In this document: one piece after another, positions 9,870 to 20,277 of the stretch
How positions within the stretch are numbered: position 1 is the first letter of the stretch
Layout of the letters: each line of letters starts with the position of its first letter
Assembly: GCA_963422595.1 (NCBI GenBank)
Contig: OY730298.1
Location: forward strand, 244,470-308,469
Origin: Gammaproteobacteria bacterium
GTDB lineage: Bacteria; Pseudomonadota; Gammaproteobacteria; UBA4575
Reading direction: 5' to 3'
Length of the DNA stretch: 64,000 bases
Notes under the pieces: model-generated
Database searches by the model: none
What the model was told of the DNA's origin: nothing
The model's input: the letters and a program-made list of their open reading frames with translations, nothing else
Translations under genes and position numbers: made by a program

Positions 9870-11450
9870 ATGATCTATACCAAAAAATCATCCGCGCTAT
9901 GTGTGATGGGTTTCTTCATGTTGGGTATCTGGGCTTTGGCCGAAACCAATATTTTAGCTGTGTATATCGGGCATCTGGGTGGATCTGGCTATAAATATTT
10001 TGGGGAGATTACGTCGCTGCCTTTGTATTTTGGGATTTTTTCTGTGGCGTTCGGCACGTGGCAATGGTTCGGCACTCATAAAGAGGGGGCTTTTGATTAT
10101 TATCTGTCCACTATTGCGGGTGCCATGTTCATTTTATTAATTACGATGTTGGTGCGCTGGTTTCTGGCCCCCGAGGTAGCGGTAGTCAGCAAGTCTATGG
10201 GGGAAATTGGAGGTACTGGCAAGCATTTACATACTATATTAGGGTTGAATTACGTGGTGTTGGGCATTTTAACCGGCATCATCGTGGTTAATGTTTTCAG
10301 GATTCCGCATTGGGCAAAGAACGGCGTGAGGTTGTCGCGTCTTGGATTAAAAACCGGGGTTATTTTGCTGGGCACTCTGTATAGTGCCGCGGAACTTAGA
10401 AACCTTGGCGCCTTGTCCATTGTTATGATTGGTTTTTTCGTGCTCGGTTCGGTCGGGCTGGTGCTGTGGCTGGGCGCACGTATGAAAATTCCCAGCTCTA
10501 TGGGGGGAGTGCTCTCCGCCGGCATGGGGGTTTGCGGAGTCTCCGCGACCGTGGCTTCAGCACCTGTGGTGCAAGCGAAGTCTATAGAAATTGCTTATAC
10601 CATTGGCACTATCTTGCTATGGGGGGTGATATGTATGTTTGTATTCCCCATGGTGGGCCATTTGTTAGGCATGTCCCACGTGCAATTCGGCGCCTGGGCA
10701 GGTACGGGAATATTAAATTCGGCGCAAGTTGCGGGGGCGGCACTTGCCTATCAGCCGGACGGTATTGAGACGCTTAAGGTCGCGGAGATTTTCAATATTA
10801 CCCGAGTGCTTATTTTGCCGATTATCGTGTTGTGGCTGGCAATCTGGTATGTCAAAAAAGAGGACGTGGTCTCAACACGTGTGAACGTGGGAAAGGTGAT
10901 GTTTGGAAAATTTCCGGTTTTCGTGTTGGGCTTTATCTTGTTGTTCGCATTGTCTACTACCGGTATGTTCGCGCCGGCGAATCATTATAAAGGCAAGTAC
11001 TTTGGTAATACTGCGGCGACCGGTTTTGATGAGGAGAATTTGTTGCGGCCGGGGGAGATCGCGTTATTGACAAGTGAAGCTGATAAGGTGCAACGACAAG
11101 ACCGTGAGCAGGCACTGCAACGATTGGTGGAGCACGGCAAAGTCATGAGCATTGAGGATGACGATACTTTGCGCGGTTTGGTGAATGCCGGGGTGCTTTC
11201 TAAAAAGGCCAGCCGGGTGCTCAGAAAATCGCATAAGGCGGTGCGCCACACGGCTAATAAGATTAAGGCGTTTCGTAATTGGATTACGTGGTTATTTGCC
11301 TTTGGCCTGGTTGGGCTCGGCATGCAAATTACGGTTTCCGCAATGCGCCAGGCGGGAGGCCAACCAGCGGTAATTGGTGGCATTGTAGGTTTGGTTAAGG
11401 CGGTATTATCTTTGGTGGTGGTGATGCTGTTGATTTCAGAAACTATTTAG
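9870..11450 (+). CDS. YeiH/UPF0324 family putative sulfate-exporter-type membrane transporter carrying an extra soluble insert
   Basis: The central region aligns with E. coli YeiH (RLGLKTGVILLG..; SAGMGVCGVSATVASAPVVQAK versus GAGSSICGAAAVLATEPVVKAE). Near the C-terminus there is a roughly 130-aa charged, non-membrane segment before a final TM hairpin. Confidence 0.65.
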   Translation: MIYTKKSSALCVMGFFMLGIWALAETNILAVYIGHLGGSGYKYFGEITSLPLYFGIFSVAFGTWQWFGTHKEGAFDYYLSTIAGAMFILLITMLVRWFLAPEVAVVSKSMGEIGGTGKHLHTILGLNYVVLGILTGIIVVNVFRIPHWAKNGVRLSRLGLKTGVILLGTLYSAAELRNLGALSIVMIGFFVLGSVGLVLWLGARMKIPSSMGGVLSAGMGVCGVSATVASAPVVQAKSIEIAYTIGTILLWGVICMFVFPMVGHLLGMSHVQFGAWAGTGILNSAQVAGAALAYQPDGIETLKVAEIFNITRVLILPIIVLWLAIWYVKKEDVVSTRVNVGKVMFGKFPVFVLGFILLFALSTTGMFAPANHYKGKYFGNTAATGFDEENLLRPGEIALLTSEADKVQRQDREQALQRLVEHGKVMSIEDDDTLRGLVNAGVLSKKASRVLRKSHKAVRHTANKIKAFRNWITWLFAFGLVGLGMQITVSAMRQAGGQPAVIGGIVGLVKAVLSLVVVMLLISETI

Positions 11451-11460
11451 GAGCTCTGGT

Positions 11461-11589
11461 ATGGATGAGGATGCGCAAAAATTCGATCGAGGCTCTGCCT
11501 TGTCTGTATTTAACAATGATCGGGCAGAGGATTTCATCGCGTTAATTCTGGCTTTGGCAATCGCGCTTTTAGTGTATCTGGCATATTAG
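11461..11589 (+). CDS. candidate 42-aa single-TM small protein
   Basis: ATG at 11461 preceded by AGGAG at -13..-9, starting 11 nt after the YeiH-family stop. The product is MDEDAQKFDRGSALSVFNNDRAEDFIALILALAIALLVYLAY: a charged N-terminus followed by one hydrophobic helix. It is below the ORF-track size cutoff, and there is no homology evidence. Confidence 0.3.
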   Translation: MDEDAQKFDRGSALSVFNNDRAEDFIALILALAIALLVYLAY

Positions 11590-11718
11590 GAAGGCTATTG
11601 GCGAACTGTGTCGGACAGCTACGCTGGCGATGACGCGCGCTTTGCGGTATTCCCTGGCCGGTTTTGTCACCGACCCCCAACCGGTGTTGAAAACCAGGTA
11701 GTTATTACGCTGTAAAGA

Positions 11719-12186
11719 ATGAGTCACGTACCCAGCATATTGCTCGCCAGTCACGGCACGGCTGGCGCTCAAGCGGCTGAACGGAAGGTGTTTGAAATCT
11801 ATGCGCGTGATACGCGCGTCACACATTTGTTGGTAGTGCCGGAATTTTGGCAGTATATGCTGGGTGATGATTGGCTTAGTAGTAGTTCAACACGTAAACA
11901 ATTTGGTGACTATCTGGAAGCAGAGCTTGACAACGAGGTAAATCAGCACATTGAGCGCATACATAGTCAGTTTATGCGGTTGGGCGTGCAAGCTACCCAT
12001 AAGGTTGTGTCGGGTAGCCCTGAAAAGTGCCTGATCAATGCCTGTAGGGAATCCATTTTTGATCTGGTGGTAATGGGTTCGCCTCGCCCCAGGGGTATGC
12101 CTGGTTTAAGTTCGCGCATGGCAACAAAAGCAGTTTCCAGTCGATTGACCGCGCCGCTGTTACAAGTGCCATATCCTGATGTTTGA
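11719..12186 (+). CDS. universal stress protein (UspA family)
   Basis: 155 aa, Usp-like, with an N-terminal strand (ILLASHGTAGAQAAE) and a C-terminal VVMGS..G motif. The assignment is moderately confident. Confidence 0.65.
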   Translation: MSHVPSILLASHGTAGAQAAERKVFEIYARDTRVTHLLVVPEFWQYMLGDDWLSSSSTRKQFGDYLEAELDNEVNQHIERIHSQFMRLGVQATHKVVSGSPEKCLINACRESIFDLVVMGSPRPRGMPGLSSRMATKAVSSRLTAPLLQVPYPDV

Positions 12187-12790
12187 TGGAGCAGGCTTGC
12201 AGGAACGTGAGGATAAGGCATGGGCGGAGTTTAAAACTCCTGTAGACGAAACCTTGCTATTGGAATTTTGCCGGGATACGGAGCGATTGTTGCGTATAAA
12301 TCCTTATTTAGTATTTGAAAAGTGGGAAAAAACAGCGGCCCGAAGATACCGCATGGAGGTGGTGAATCATAGTCAAATTCCGGCTTTCAAAATTGCGACT
12401 GATTTGGAGGTATATACGCATCCAACCGGTGTGGAAATTCATTATCACCAGGGCCTGAAATCCTGTACCAGGTTTTCTATAGAGGCCATACCCGAGGGTT
12501 CCAGACTTATTATTACCGAAGTATTTGAGGGCGTGGCAGAAGCCGAACGGTTAACGAGATTGCATGAGGCAGACAAAAGCCTGACTAAATGGGCCGAGGA
12601 GATTCAGGTCTATCTGGTGCACTGGAAACGTTGGGCATGGTTTGCTCCCTGGCGATATTACAAGCAGCATATCTGGCAGCCGTTAACACCTGCTGGCAGA
12701 AGAGTTACTTATATGTTGTTGTGGATAAGCGTGGTGGAAATTGCGCTTGTCGGTTTAGGTGCGGCCATTTATTTTGTTGAGTACGGATAA
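12179..12790 (+). CDS. hypothetical protein with a soluble domain and a C-terminal TM helix
   Basis: The start ATG overlaps the usp stop (ATGTTTGA). The N-terminal 150 aa are globular and the C-terminus is hydrophobic (LLWISVVEIALVGLGAAIYFV). No family was recognised. Confidence 0.5.
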   Translation: MFDGAGLQEREDKAWAEFKTPVDETLLLEFCRDTERLLRINPYLVFEKWEKTAARRYRMEVVNHSQIPAFKIATDLEVYTHPTGVEIHYHQGLKSCTRFSIEAIPEGSRLIITEVFEGVAEAERLTRLHEADKSLTKWAEEIQVYLVHWKRWAWFAPWRYYKQHIWQPLTPAGRRVTYMLLWISVVEIALVGLGAAIYFVEYG

Positions 12791-12954
12791 TGTGGCTTAT
12801 GCCTTGTCACGCTGACCGCTGCCGCAATCGGCTTAGGTTTCTAGCGGCGTTTCGTGATCATTTTCAACCCATAAAGGCACACCCGCAGGCGGCGGCAAAA
12901 CCTGATATTCATCGGCTTTGAGGTCTTTATGAATCCCGGTGCGCATAAAGGTTG

Positions 12955-14202
12955 CTATAAAATAAGCCTCCATATGTCTTCCAGAATAGCCTTTACGTGT
13001 GTGCAAAAACGCGCCGCATCGGCGCCGTTAATGACCCGATGATCATACGATAAGGAAAGAGGCAGTAGCTTTTTGCGCGCCGCACCAGTTGCCGTGGAGC
13101 TCTCTTGTATCACCATTTTGGATACTCCGAGGATGGCGACTTCAGGGGGGTTGATTATTGGCGTGAAGGCTCGCCCGCCTATATTACCCAGGCTGGAAAT
13201 GGTTATGCTGGCGCCCCCCATTTGTTGTGGGGTGAGTTTTCTTTGTCTCGCGAGACTGCTTATTTCTACCAGTTCCATGGCAATTTGCCGGAGGTTTTTT
13301 TTGTCGACATCGCGTAATACCGGCACCAGCAATCCATGCGGCGTATCCACGGCAATGCCTATATGGAAATATTTTTTATAGATAAGTCGTTCTGATACAG
13401 CATCAAGTGAGGCATTGAATTGAGGAAATTGCCTGAGTGTCGCGACCATGGCTTTTATCACGAATGCCAGCGGCGTGAGTTTTGTTTTTTTGGCCAGCTG
13501 CTTTCGATGATGTTCCAGTAGTGTAATGTCCGCTGTGTCGAAATGCGTTACACGTGGAATGCTCTGCCACGCGGCTAATATATTTTTTGCGGTCAGTTTT
13601 TGTATCCTGGTTTGCTCTATGGCTTCAGTTTCACCGTAGGCTGAAAAATCCAGTGACTCGGTTGCAGTGGCATCGACGGCGCGTAAATTTTTGCGCACGT
13701 AATTCTGCACGTCTTCTATCGTTATCCGTTGTTGGCGGCCGCTCCCCGACACCGCACTGAGGTCTGCACTTAATTCACGTGCGTATTTGTATACGCCCGG
13801 ACTGGCGTAGGCAGCATCGGAGCTTTGAGATAAAGGTGGCACCGGCTGGCCCGTCACCGCCGGGCTTGGATGCCTGGTGGTCGCAGCTTCGATCGCTTGA
13901 TTATGGTCGAGACTGGCGGCAGTTTTTTCAGCTTGCGTTGGTTGCGAGGTATCGCCTGCACTCGCTATTTCAAGAGTCACCAGGGGACTACCTTCTGTAA
14001 CTTCGACGCCTGCCGTTATATGTATTTTTTGGATTTTCCCATTGTATGGCGATGGGAAATCTATCATGGCTTTCTCGCTTTCAATGGTGACCAGTGGTTG
14101 ATTGGTTGCTACCTTATCGCCAACGTTAACCAGTACTTCTACTATAGTGATGAAACTGTGTGCTTCGATACCGGTAACGTGTATGTCTTTAAGTGCGGTC
14201 AT
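12955..14202 (-). CDS. aceF: dihydrolipoamide acetyltransferase, E2 component of pyruvate dehydrogenase (single lipoyl domain)
   Basis: N-terminal lipoyl domain (ESEKAMIDFPSP), an Ala/Pro-rich linker, and the catalytic domain ending DHRVINGADAARF. Located directly downstream of aceE. Confidence 0.85.
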   Translation of the reverse strand: MTALKDIHVTGIEAHSFITIVEVLVNVGDKVATNQPLVTIESEKAMIDFPSPYNGKIQKIHITAGVEVTEGSPLVTLEIASAGDTSQPTQAEKTAASLDHNQAIEAATTRHPSPAVTGQPVPPLSQSSDAAYASPGVYKYARELSADLSAVSGSGRQQRITIEDVQNYVRKNLRAVDATATESLDFSAYGETEAIEQTRIQKLTAKNILAAWQSIPRVTHFDTADITLLEHHRKQLAKKTKLTPLAFVIKAMVATLRQFPQFNASLDAVSERLIYKKYFHIGIAVDTPHGLLVPVLRDVDKKNLRQIAMELVEISSLARQRKLTPQQMGGASITISSLGNIGGRAFTPIINPPEVAILGVSKMVIQESSTATGAARKKLLPLSLSYDHRVINGADAARFCTHVKAILEDIWRLIL

Positions 14203-14210
14203 GGTTTGTT

Positions 14211-16883
14211 CTAGGAAAGTGCAGGGTCGGGTTTTTCCGGATCGATGTCGTATTTTTTAAGCGCGGCACTGATCAAGGATTTATCAATTGTCCCTTCAGC
14301 CACCAGCGCGTGTATGGCGGCCAGCACGATGTGACGAGCGTCTACTTCAAAGAAGCTGCGTAGTCGCTGGCGCGTATCGCTGCGTCCAAAACCATCTGTG
14401 CCCAGGACTATGTACTTTGATTTTACATATGGGCGAATTTGATCGGCATGAATTTTCATGTAGTCTGAAGCCGCGATAACCGGGCCTGGTGAAGCATGCA
14501 GGCATTGTTCCACGTATGGAATTTTCCGCGCACTCTGCGGATGCAGCATATTCCAGCGCTGCACTTGCATGCCGTCCCTGCGCAGCTGATTAAAGCTGGT
14601 GACGCTCCAGATATCGGCCGCGATATTAAAATCCTGCTGTAGCAGTTCTGCCGCGCGTATCGCTTCTCGCAGTATGGCGCCACTACCCAGTAATTGAACG
14701 CGCGCCCTGCCTCCCGGAGCGGCCGACAGCGTACCGGGAGATGTGTTTTTGCGCAACAGGTACATCCCCCGTACGATGCCTTCTTTGCAATCTGCGGGCA
14801 TTGCTGGCTGCGCGTAGTTTTCATTCATCACGGTAATGTAATAGAACTGGTCCAGTTGCTTTATGTACATGGCCTCAAGACCGTGATGCACGATTACCGC
14901 GAGTTCATACGCGAAAGCGGGATCATAGGCGCAACAGTTTGGAATCGTGGATGCCAACAGGTGGCTGTGGCCGTCCTGATGTTGTAGCCCCTCGCCCGCC
15001 AGGGTGGTGCGACCGGCAGTGCCACCAATTAAAAAACCGCGCGCGCGGCTGTCGCCCGCCGCCCAGGCCAGATCACCCACGCGCTGAAAACCAAATATGG
15101 AATAAAAGATATAAAACGGGATCATCGGCATGTTATGGGAGCTGTAAGACGTGGCCGCGGCAATCCAGGAAGACATGGCGCCCGCTTCTGTAATTCCTTC
15201 TTCTAAAATCTGGCCAGCCCGGCCCTCACGATAGGGCAATAATTCGTCCGCGTCGACGGGATCGTAGAGTTGTCCTTTGTGCGCGTAAATTCCCATGCTG
15301 CGAAATAGTCCTTCCATGCCAAACGTGCGCGCTTCGTCGGGTACGATCGGCACGATGTGCCTGGCAATGGACTGCTCCCGCGTCAGGGCGAACAGGATTC
15401 TAACGAATGCCGTGGTGGTTGATTTTTCGCGGCCGTTGCTTCCCGCCAGCAGGTCTTTGAAAATCCCGATGGGGGGAATTTGTAAATCGATTTCCGGGCT
15501 GTCGCGCTTCGGTAATTCTCCGCGTAATTTGTCGCGTAACTTTTTCAAATAACGCATCTCGGCACTGTCGTCCGGCGGCTTATAAAAAGGCACGTCTTCC
15601 AGTTCTGTATCTTTGAATGGGATGCGGTAACGGTCTCGAAACGCGATCAGCGAATCTTTCGCGGGTTTTTTTAGTTGATGCGCGATATTCATACTTTCAC
15701 CGCTTTTGCCTAAGCCATAGCCTTTTACCGTTTTGGCTAAAATAACCGTCGGTTGGCCACGATGTTTTACCGCTGCCGCGTAGGCCGCGTATACCTTTTG
15801 CTGATCATGGCCACCACGGTTTAAGCGCCAAATATCATCATCGGTCATGTGTGCGATAAGTTTTACAAGTTCAGGATATTTCCCAAAGAAATGTTCCCGC
15901 ACATAGGCGCCGCCCTTGGCCCGATAGTTTTGGTAGTCGCCGTCCAGGGCCTCTTCCATGCGTTTGCGTAGAATTCCTTCTTTGTCGCGCGCCAGTAATG
16001 GATCCCAGTTCCCTCCCCAGAGTACCTTGATGACGTTCCAGCCGGCACCACGAAAGTTACCTTCCAGTTCCTGGATAATTTTGCCGTTGCCGCGCACCGG
16101 ACCGTCCAATCGCTGTAAGTTGCAGTTGATGACGAAGATCAAATTGTCGAGTTCTTCACGCGCCGCTAATGAAATGGCGCCAAGGGCTTCTGGTTCATCC
16201 ATTTCTCCATCACCTGTGAATACCCATACTTTACGATTGCCCTTATCTATGATGCCGCGATCATGCAGGTATTCCATAAACCGCGCCTGGTAAATCCCCA
16301 TAATCGGCGCCAGTCCCATTGACACTGTTGGAAACTGCCAAAAATCCGGCATCAGCCACGGGTGCGGATAGGAGGATAGGCCTTTACCTGTCACTTCGCG
16401 TCGAAAGTGCCGCAGTTGTGCTTCGGTTATGCGCCCTTCAAGGTAGGCGCGGGCATATACGCCAGGCGCGGCGTGTCCCTGAAAATACACCAGATCACCA
16501 GTAAAATCGCGACTGGCAGGGCGAAAGAAATGATTGAAACCGATACTGATTAAAGTCGCCGCGGACGCATAGGTGGATATGTGTCCGCCCAGTTCGGGAA
16601 ATTTCTTATTGGCCTTGACTACCATCGCCAAGGCGTTCCAACGCTCCAGTGAACGCACGCGATGCTCCATTCTTGGGTCGCCGGGTAGACGCTCTTCAGC
16701 GTCCGCGGGGATGGTGTTGACATAGGCCGTAGTGTTACGAAATGGCAGGTTTACGCCAGCAATCCGCGCACTGTGAATAAGCCGTTCGATTATGTAGTGC
16801 GCGCGATTTGCGCCATCGCTTTCCAAAATAGCGTGCAGGGCGTCAAGCCATTCCCGCGTTTCTTGTGGATCGATATCGTCCAT
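14211..16883 (-). CDS. aceE: pyruvate dehydrogenase E1 component (homodimeric type)
   Basis: Collinear with E. coli AceE over about 885 aa (NTIP..., GDGEMDEPE, YFQGH). The probable start is MDDIDPQETREW at 16883; the ORF-track start at 16970 adds 29 non-conserved residues. Confidence 0.95.
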   Translation of the reverse strand: MDDIDPQETREWLDALHAILESDGANRAHYIIERLIHSARIAGVNLPFRNTTAYVNTIPADAEERLPGDPRMEHRVRSLERWNALAMVVKANKKFPELGGHISTYASAATLISIGFNHFFRPASRDFTGDLVYFQGHAAPGVYARAYLEGRITEAQLRHFRREVTGKGLSSYPHPWLMPDFWQFPTVSMGLAPIMGIYQARFMEYLHDRGIIDKGNRKVWVFTGDGEMDEPEALGAISLAAREELDNLIFVINCNLQRLDGPVRGNGKIIQELEGNFRGAGWNVIKVLWGGNWDPLLARDKEGILRKRMEEALDGDYQNYRAKGGAYVREHFFGKYPELVKLIAHMTDDDIWRLNRGGHDQQKVYAAYAAAVKHRGQPTVILAKTVKGYGLGKSGESMNIAHQLKKPAKDSLIAFRDRYRIPFKDTELEDVPFYKPPDDSAEMRYLKKLRDKLRGELPKRDSPEIDLQIPPIGIFKDLLAGSNGREKSTTTAFVRILFALTREQSIARHIVPIVPDEARTFGMEGLFRSMGIYAHKGQLYDPVDADELLPYREGRAGQILEEGITEAGAMSSWIAAATSYSSHNMPMIPFYIFYSIFGFQRVGDLAWAAGDSRARGFLIGGTAGRTTLAGEGLQHQDGHSHLLASTIPNCCAYDPAFAYELAVIVHHGLEAMYIKQLDQFYYITVMNENYAQPAMPADCKEGIVRGMYLLRKNTSPGTLSAAPGGRARVQLLGSGAILREAIRAAELLQQDFNIAADIWSVTSFNQLRRDGMQVQRWNMLHPQSARKIPYVEQCLHASPGPVIAASDYMKIHADQIRPYVKSKYIVLGTDGFGRSDTRQRLRSFFEVDARHIVLAAIHALVAEGTIDKSLISAALKKYDIDPEKPDPALS

Positions 16884-17105
16884 TGTAATCAGAACTTTTT
16901 TGATAAGCGGCTCATGTCGTTTATATTTACGTAAGCACGTGGCACTTGCAAGTAGCTGTAAAACGGCCACTTCGATTAAGAGTCAATGCGTCACGTTAGT
17001 TGGCACGGAACGTTAGAGCTGAAATTGGCGCCGTGATGTATATGGAAATACTATGCTCGCTGCCTGAATTTTGGCTCATGTCGTCACGCTGCTAACGTCG
17101 CACTG

Positions 17106-18286
17106 ATGATTAACAGGCGAATCGAGATTAAACCATTGATGGTCAACAATTCCGAACTTGGGCTGGCAATGACGGGCGGCGGTGCGCGTGCTGCCTATCA
17201 GGTAGGTTTGCTGCGGTTTATTTGTAGAGAATTTCCCGATTTTTGTCCGCCTGTCATCACCGGGGTCTCCGCTGGTGCAGTAAACGCGGCATATCTGGCC
17301 GCGTATCCAGGTACTTTTTGTCAGGCCGTAGAAGAATTATCGAAATTTTGGCTGGAGCTTGGCACTGATAATATCTTTCGTACCGATAGCCGTTATTTTC
17401 TGATTGGTTTCATAACGTTGGGGATTTCATTTCCTGCTTGGCGGAAGCCGGTTAGCACCACAAACGCGCGGCTTGCTGGATAGCCAGCCATTACGTTTTT
17501 ACCTGGAACAAAAATTCAATAATAAAGCAGCACTTCCGATACCGGGGATACGCCAGAATATCGCTGGCGGTCGTTTACAGGTGCTCGGTATTACCAAGTA
17601 CTAATTACAGCACTGGCAAATCGATTACCTGGATACAGGGCCAGGCACGCGATCATTGGAAACGGCCACGGCGTCGCAGTGCCTCAGTTGAAATTACCAT
17701 TGAACATATCATGGCTTCGGCAGCATTACCGCTGGTGTTTCCCGCGGTGAAGCTCAACGATGGCTGGCACGGAGATGGCGGCATACGTTCCATTGCGCCA
17801 CTATCTCCGGCTATGCATCTGGGTGCCACAAGAGTGGTGGCAATTTCCACGCGCTTTCAAGGTGCTCAGATTACTCCGGATGAACCGATGACTTCTGAGT
17901 ATGCTTCGGTAGCACAGATCATCGGCATTATACTGGACGCTATTTTTTTGGACCTGCTCGATTATGACGCCGCCAACATAGAGCGTATCAGTGAACTTAT
18001 TGAAGAGGTTTCGGAAGATACGAGAAAGCAGTTCAGGAGCGTGCAACTCTTGATTCTTCGCCCTTCCAAGGATTTAGGTAAACTTGCAAGTGAGTTTGAG
18101 TTTCGTTTGCCACAGCCATTCCGCTATTTCACGCGCAGTTTCGGCACGCGCAATACTAGAAGCCCGGACGCTTTGTCAATGTTGATGTTTCAGCATGAAT
18201 ACCTTGAGTCTCTAATTGATCTTGGCGAATACGATGCGGAACAAAATTTCGCACGTATTGAAGAATTTTTAAGCGCGAAACCATAA
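17106..18286 (+). pseudogene. patatin-like phospholipase, disrupted by frameshifts
   Basis: The N-terminal part in frame 0 has GGGARAAYQVG and the GVSAGA nucleophile elbow, then stops at 17483. Patatin-like sequence continues in frame +1 (17485-17604: LRFYLEQKF...LQVLGI) and then in frame +2 (...VEITIEHIMASAALPLVFPAVKLNDGWHGDGG...), running to the stop at 18286. Confidence 0.75.
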
Positions 18287-18338
18287 AGCCAGAGTAAAGA
18301 AAATCCCCCCGAATCCTGCCGCGAGGCGTGGTTATCAT

Positions 18339-19628
18339 TTACGCCGCCGCTGTCAGGGCCTGATCCAGGTCGGCGATAATATCAGCAACGTCTTCCAAAC
18401 CGATTGAAAGGCGTACTACGTCCGGACCGGCACCGGCGGCAATCTGCTGCTGTTCGCTTAATTGGCGATGGGTGGTGGAGGCAGGATGGATGATCAATGA
18501 GCGCGTATCGCCGATGTTGGCGAGATGTGAAAATAACTGGCAGCTTTCCACAGCTTTAATTCCCATGTCGTAACCGCCTTTTACACCAAAGGTAAAGACG
18601 GCTCCGGCACCCCGCGAGCAATATTTTTGTGCCAGTTTATGGTAGGTGCTTGATTGTAAGCCGGCATAGGATACCCAGCTAACGCGATCGTCCTGTTCCA
18701 GCCATTGGGCAACTTGCAAGGCATTTTTTGAATGCTGGTCCATACGCAAAGGCAATGTCTCAATACCCAGTAACGTAAGATAAGCATTCATCGGTGACAT
18801 CGCCGGGCCTAAATCACGCAGCCCTATCGCGTGGCTGTAGACGGTGAACGCCATGGCACCAAAAGCTTTATGGAAGTTTAAGCCGTGATAGGCCGTGCAT
18901 GGCTCGGTAATGTCTTTGAATTTATCGTTTTGTGCCCAATCAAATTTACCGCTGTCCACCACGGCGCCACCAATCGCATTTCCATGTCCCGATAAAAACT
19001 TGGTGGTTGAATGTATGACAATATCAACGCCATATTCAAAGGGCTTACATAATGCCGGCGATGCCATGGTGTTGTCGACGATGCATGGAATACCCGCCGT
19101 ATGTGCGATTTCAGCAATTTCCCCGATATCGCAGACGATGCCGCCCGGATTCGCCAGACTCTCGGTAAAAACAGCTTTCGTCTTTGATGTAATCGCCTTG
19201 CGAAAATTTTCCGGATCAACGGGATCAACGAAAATAACGTTCCAGCCAAAACGCTTGAATGAATGACCAAATTGCGTGATAGAACCACCATAAAGTTTAT
19301 TGGAGGCGATAAAGTCATCGCCACTTTTCATTAAACCGAATAAGGTGAGCAGTTGTGCCGAATGTCCGGAAGCCGTGCAGGTCGCGCCAACTCCTCCTTC
19401 TAAGTCTGCGATACGGGCCTGCAAGGTGCTTACGGTAGGATTCGTCAGGCGCGAATAAATAAAGCCTTCTTTTTCAAGGTTAAATAAAGCCGCGGCGTGC
19501 TCAGAATCCTCAAATACGAAAGAGGTGGACTGATAAATAGGCGTGCCGCGCGCACCAGTGGCAGAATCTGGCGCGGCACCCGCGTGTATGGCACGGGTTG
19601 CGAACCCATGTTGTGAATTATTATTCAC
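18339..19628 (-). CDS. metY: O-acetylhomoserine aminocarboxypropyltransferase (sulfhydrylase), PLP-dependent
   Basis: 429 aa of the Cys/Met metabolism PLP family, with the MetY-typical N-terminus (FATRAIHAG...GTPIYQSTSF), STTKF..GHG around the PLP-binding Lys, and LANIGDTRSLIIHPASTTH. Confidence 0.9.
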   Translation of the reverse strand: MNNNSQHGFATRAIHAGAAPDSATGARGTPIYQSTSFVFEDSEHAAALFNLEKEGFIYSRLTNPTVSTLQARIADLEGGVGATCTASGHSAQLLTLFGLMKSGDDFIASNKLYGGSITQFGHSFKRFGWNVIFVDPVDPENFRKAITSKTKAVFTESLANPGGIVCDIGEIAEIAHTAGIPCIVDNTMASPALCKPFEYGVDIVIHSTTKFLSGHGNAIGGAVVDSGKFDWAQNDKFKDITEPCTAYHGLNFHKAFGAMAFTVYSHAIGLRDLGPAMSPMNAYLTLLGIETLPLRMDQHSKNALQVAQWLEQDDRVSWVSYAGLQSSTYHKLAQKYCSRGAGAVFTFGVKGGYDMGIKAVESCQLFSHLANIGDTRSLIIHPASTTHRQLSEQQQIAAGAGPDVVRLSIGLEDVADIIADLDQALTAAA

Positions 19629-19827
19629 GTTGACTCCTTATGTAGTTAGCCAGTCAGATATTTTTGTTTATTTTATGACTTAAATAGCTGAAGATATACC
19701 CCTTCCATGAGAACGCTATCCTGACGTGCCTGCGGAACCTCGGCTGTTTTCGCCACCCCAACAGTTATGCCGCTTTATCCTGTATATATTCTTTTGAACT
19801 ACACATTATCCTGGTTACCAGGTTATT

Positions 19828-20277
19828 ATGCCTGGTCTTCACGAATCAGAACCAGGCATTCACGATATGAATGATAAATCTCCAGAATTATTGGTCGTGC
19901 AGCTAAACGGCTCGGCAATTCTTGAATATGATCGCAATCAACAGTTATCGAAGGCCCAGCGTCGGGCGCTTACATTGATGGATGAAAAATTGGATCAGGG
20001 AATAAGCCTGGGCGATGAGTTCATCCCGCAACCCGGTTTAGAGCAGCGTGTCGAATTCATCGCCGCGAATTTGGTTTCTGCTTTGTTAAATGCAGAGGAC
20101 GTGCTGGCCGCCGCAAGTTGCGCATATCTGGCGAAGGCGTTACCCGAACTGAAACAGATCAAGGCATTGGAAAAAAGTGGCCAGGTAGCAATCGAGTTAA
20201 TCTTCAACCGTGAATACCAAAAAGAAGTAAAAATGCAGTATAAACCTTTAAGTGAAATTGCCACGTCGCTACATTAA
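19828..20277 (+). CDS. hypothetical cytoplasmic protein
   Basis: 149 aa, predicted soluble helical protein, divergent from metY. No family was recognised. The start may be the internal MNDK at 19867. Confidence 0.5.
   Translation: MPGLHESEPGIHDMNDKSPELLVVQLNGSAILEYDRNQQLSKAQRRALTLMDEKLDQGISLGDEFIPQPGLEQRVEFIAANLVSALLNAEDVLAAASCAYLAKALPELKQIKALEKSGQVAIELIFNREYQKEVKMQYKPLSEIATSLH

Noticed and set aside
19629-19827. Looked for a SAM-responsive riboswitch in the metY leader.
   Set aside because: I could not recognise any SAM-I, SAM-II or SAM-SAH consensus elements by eye. A covariance-model search would be needed.
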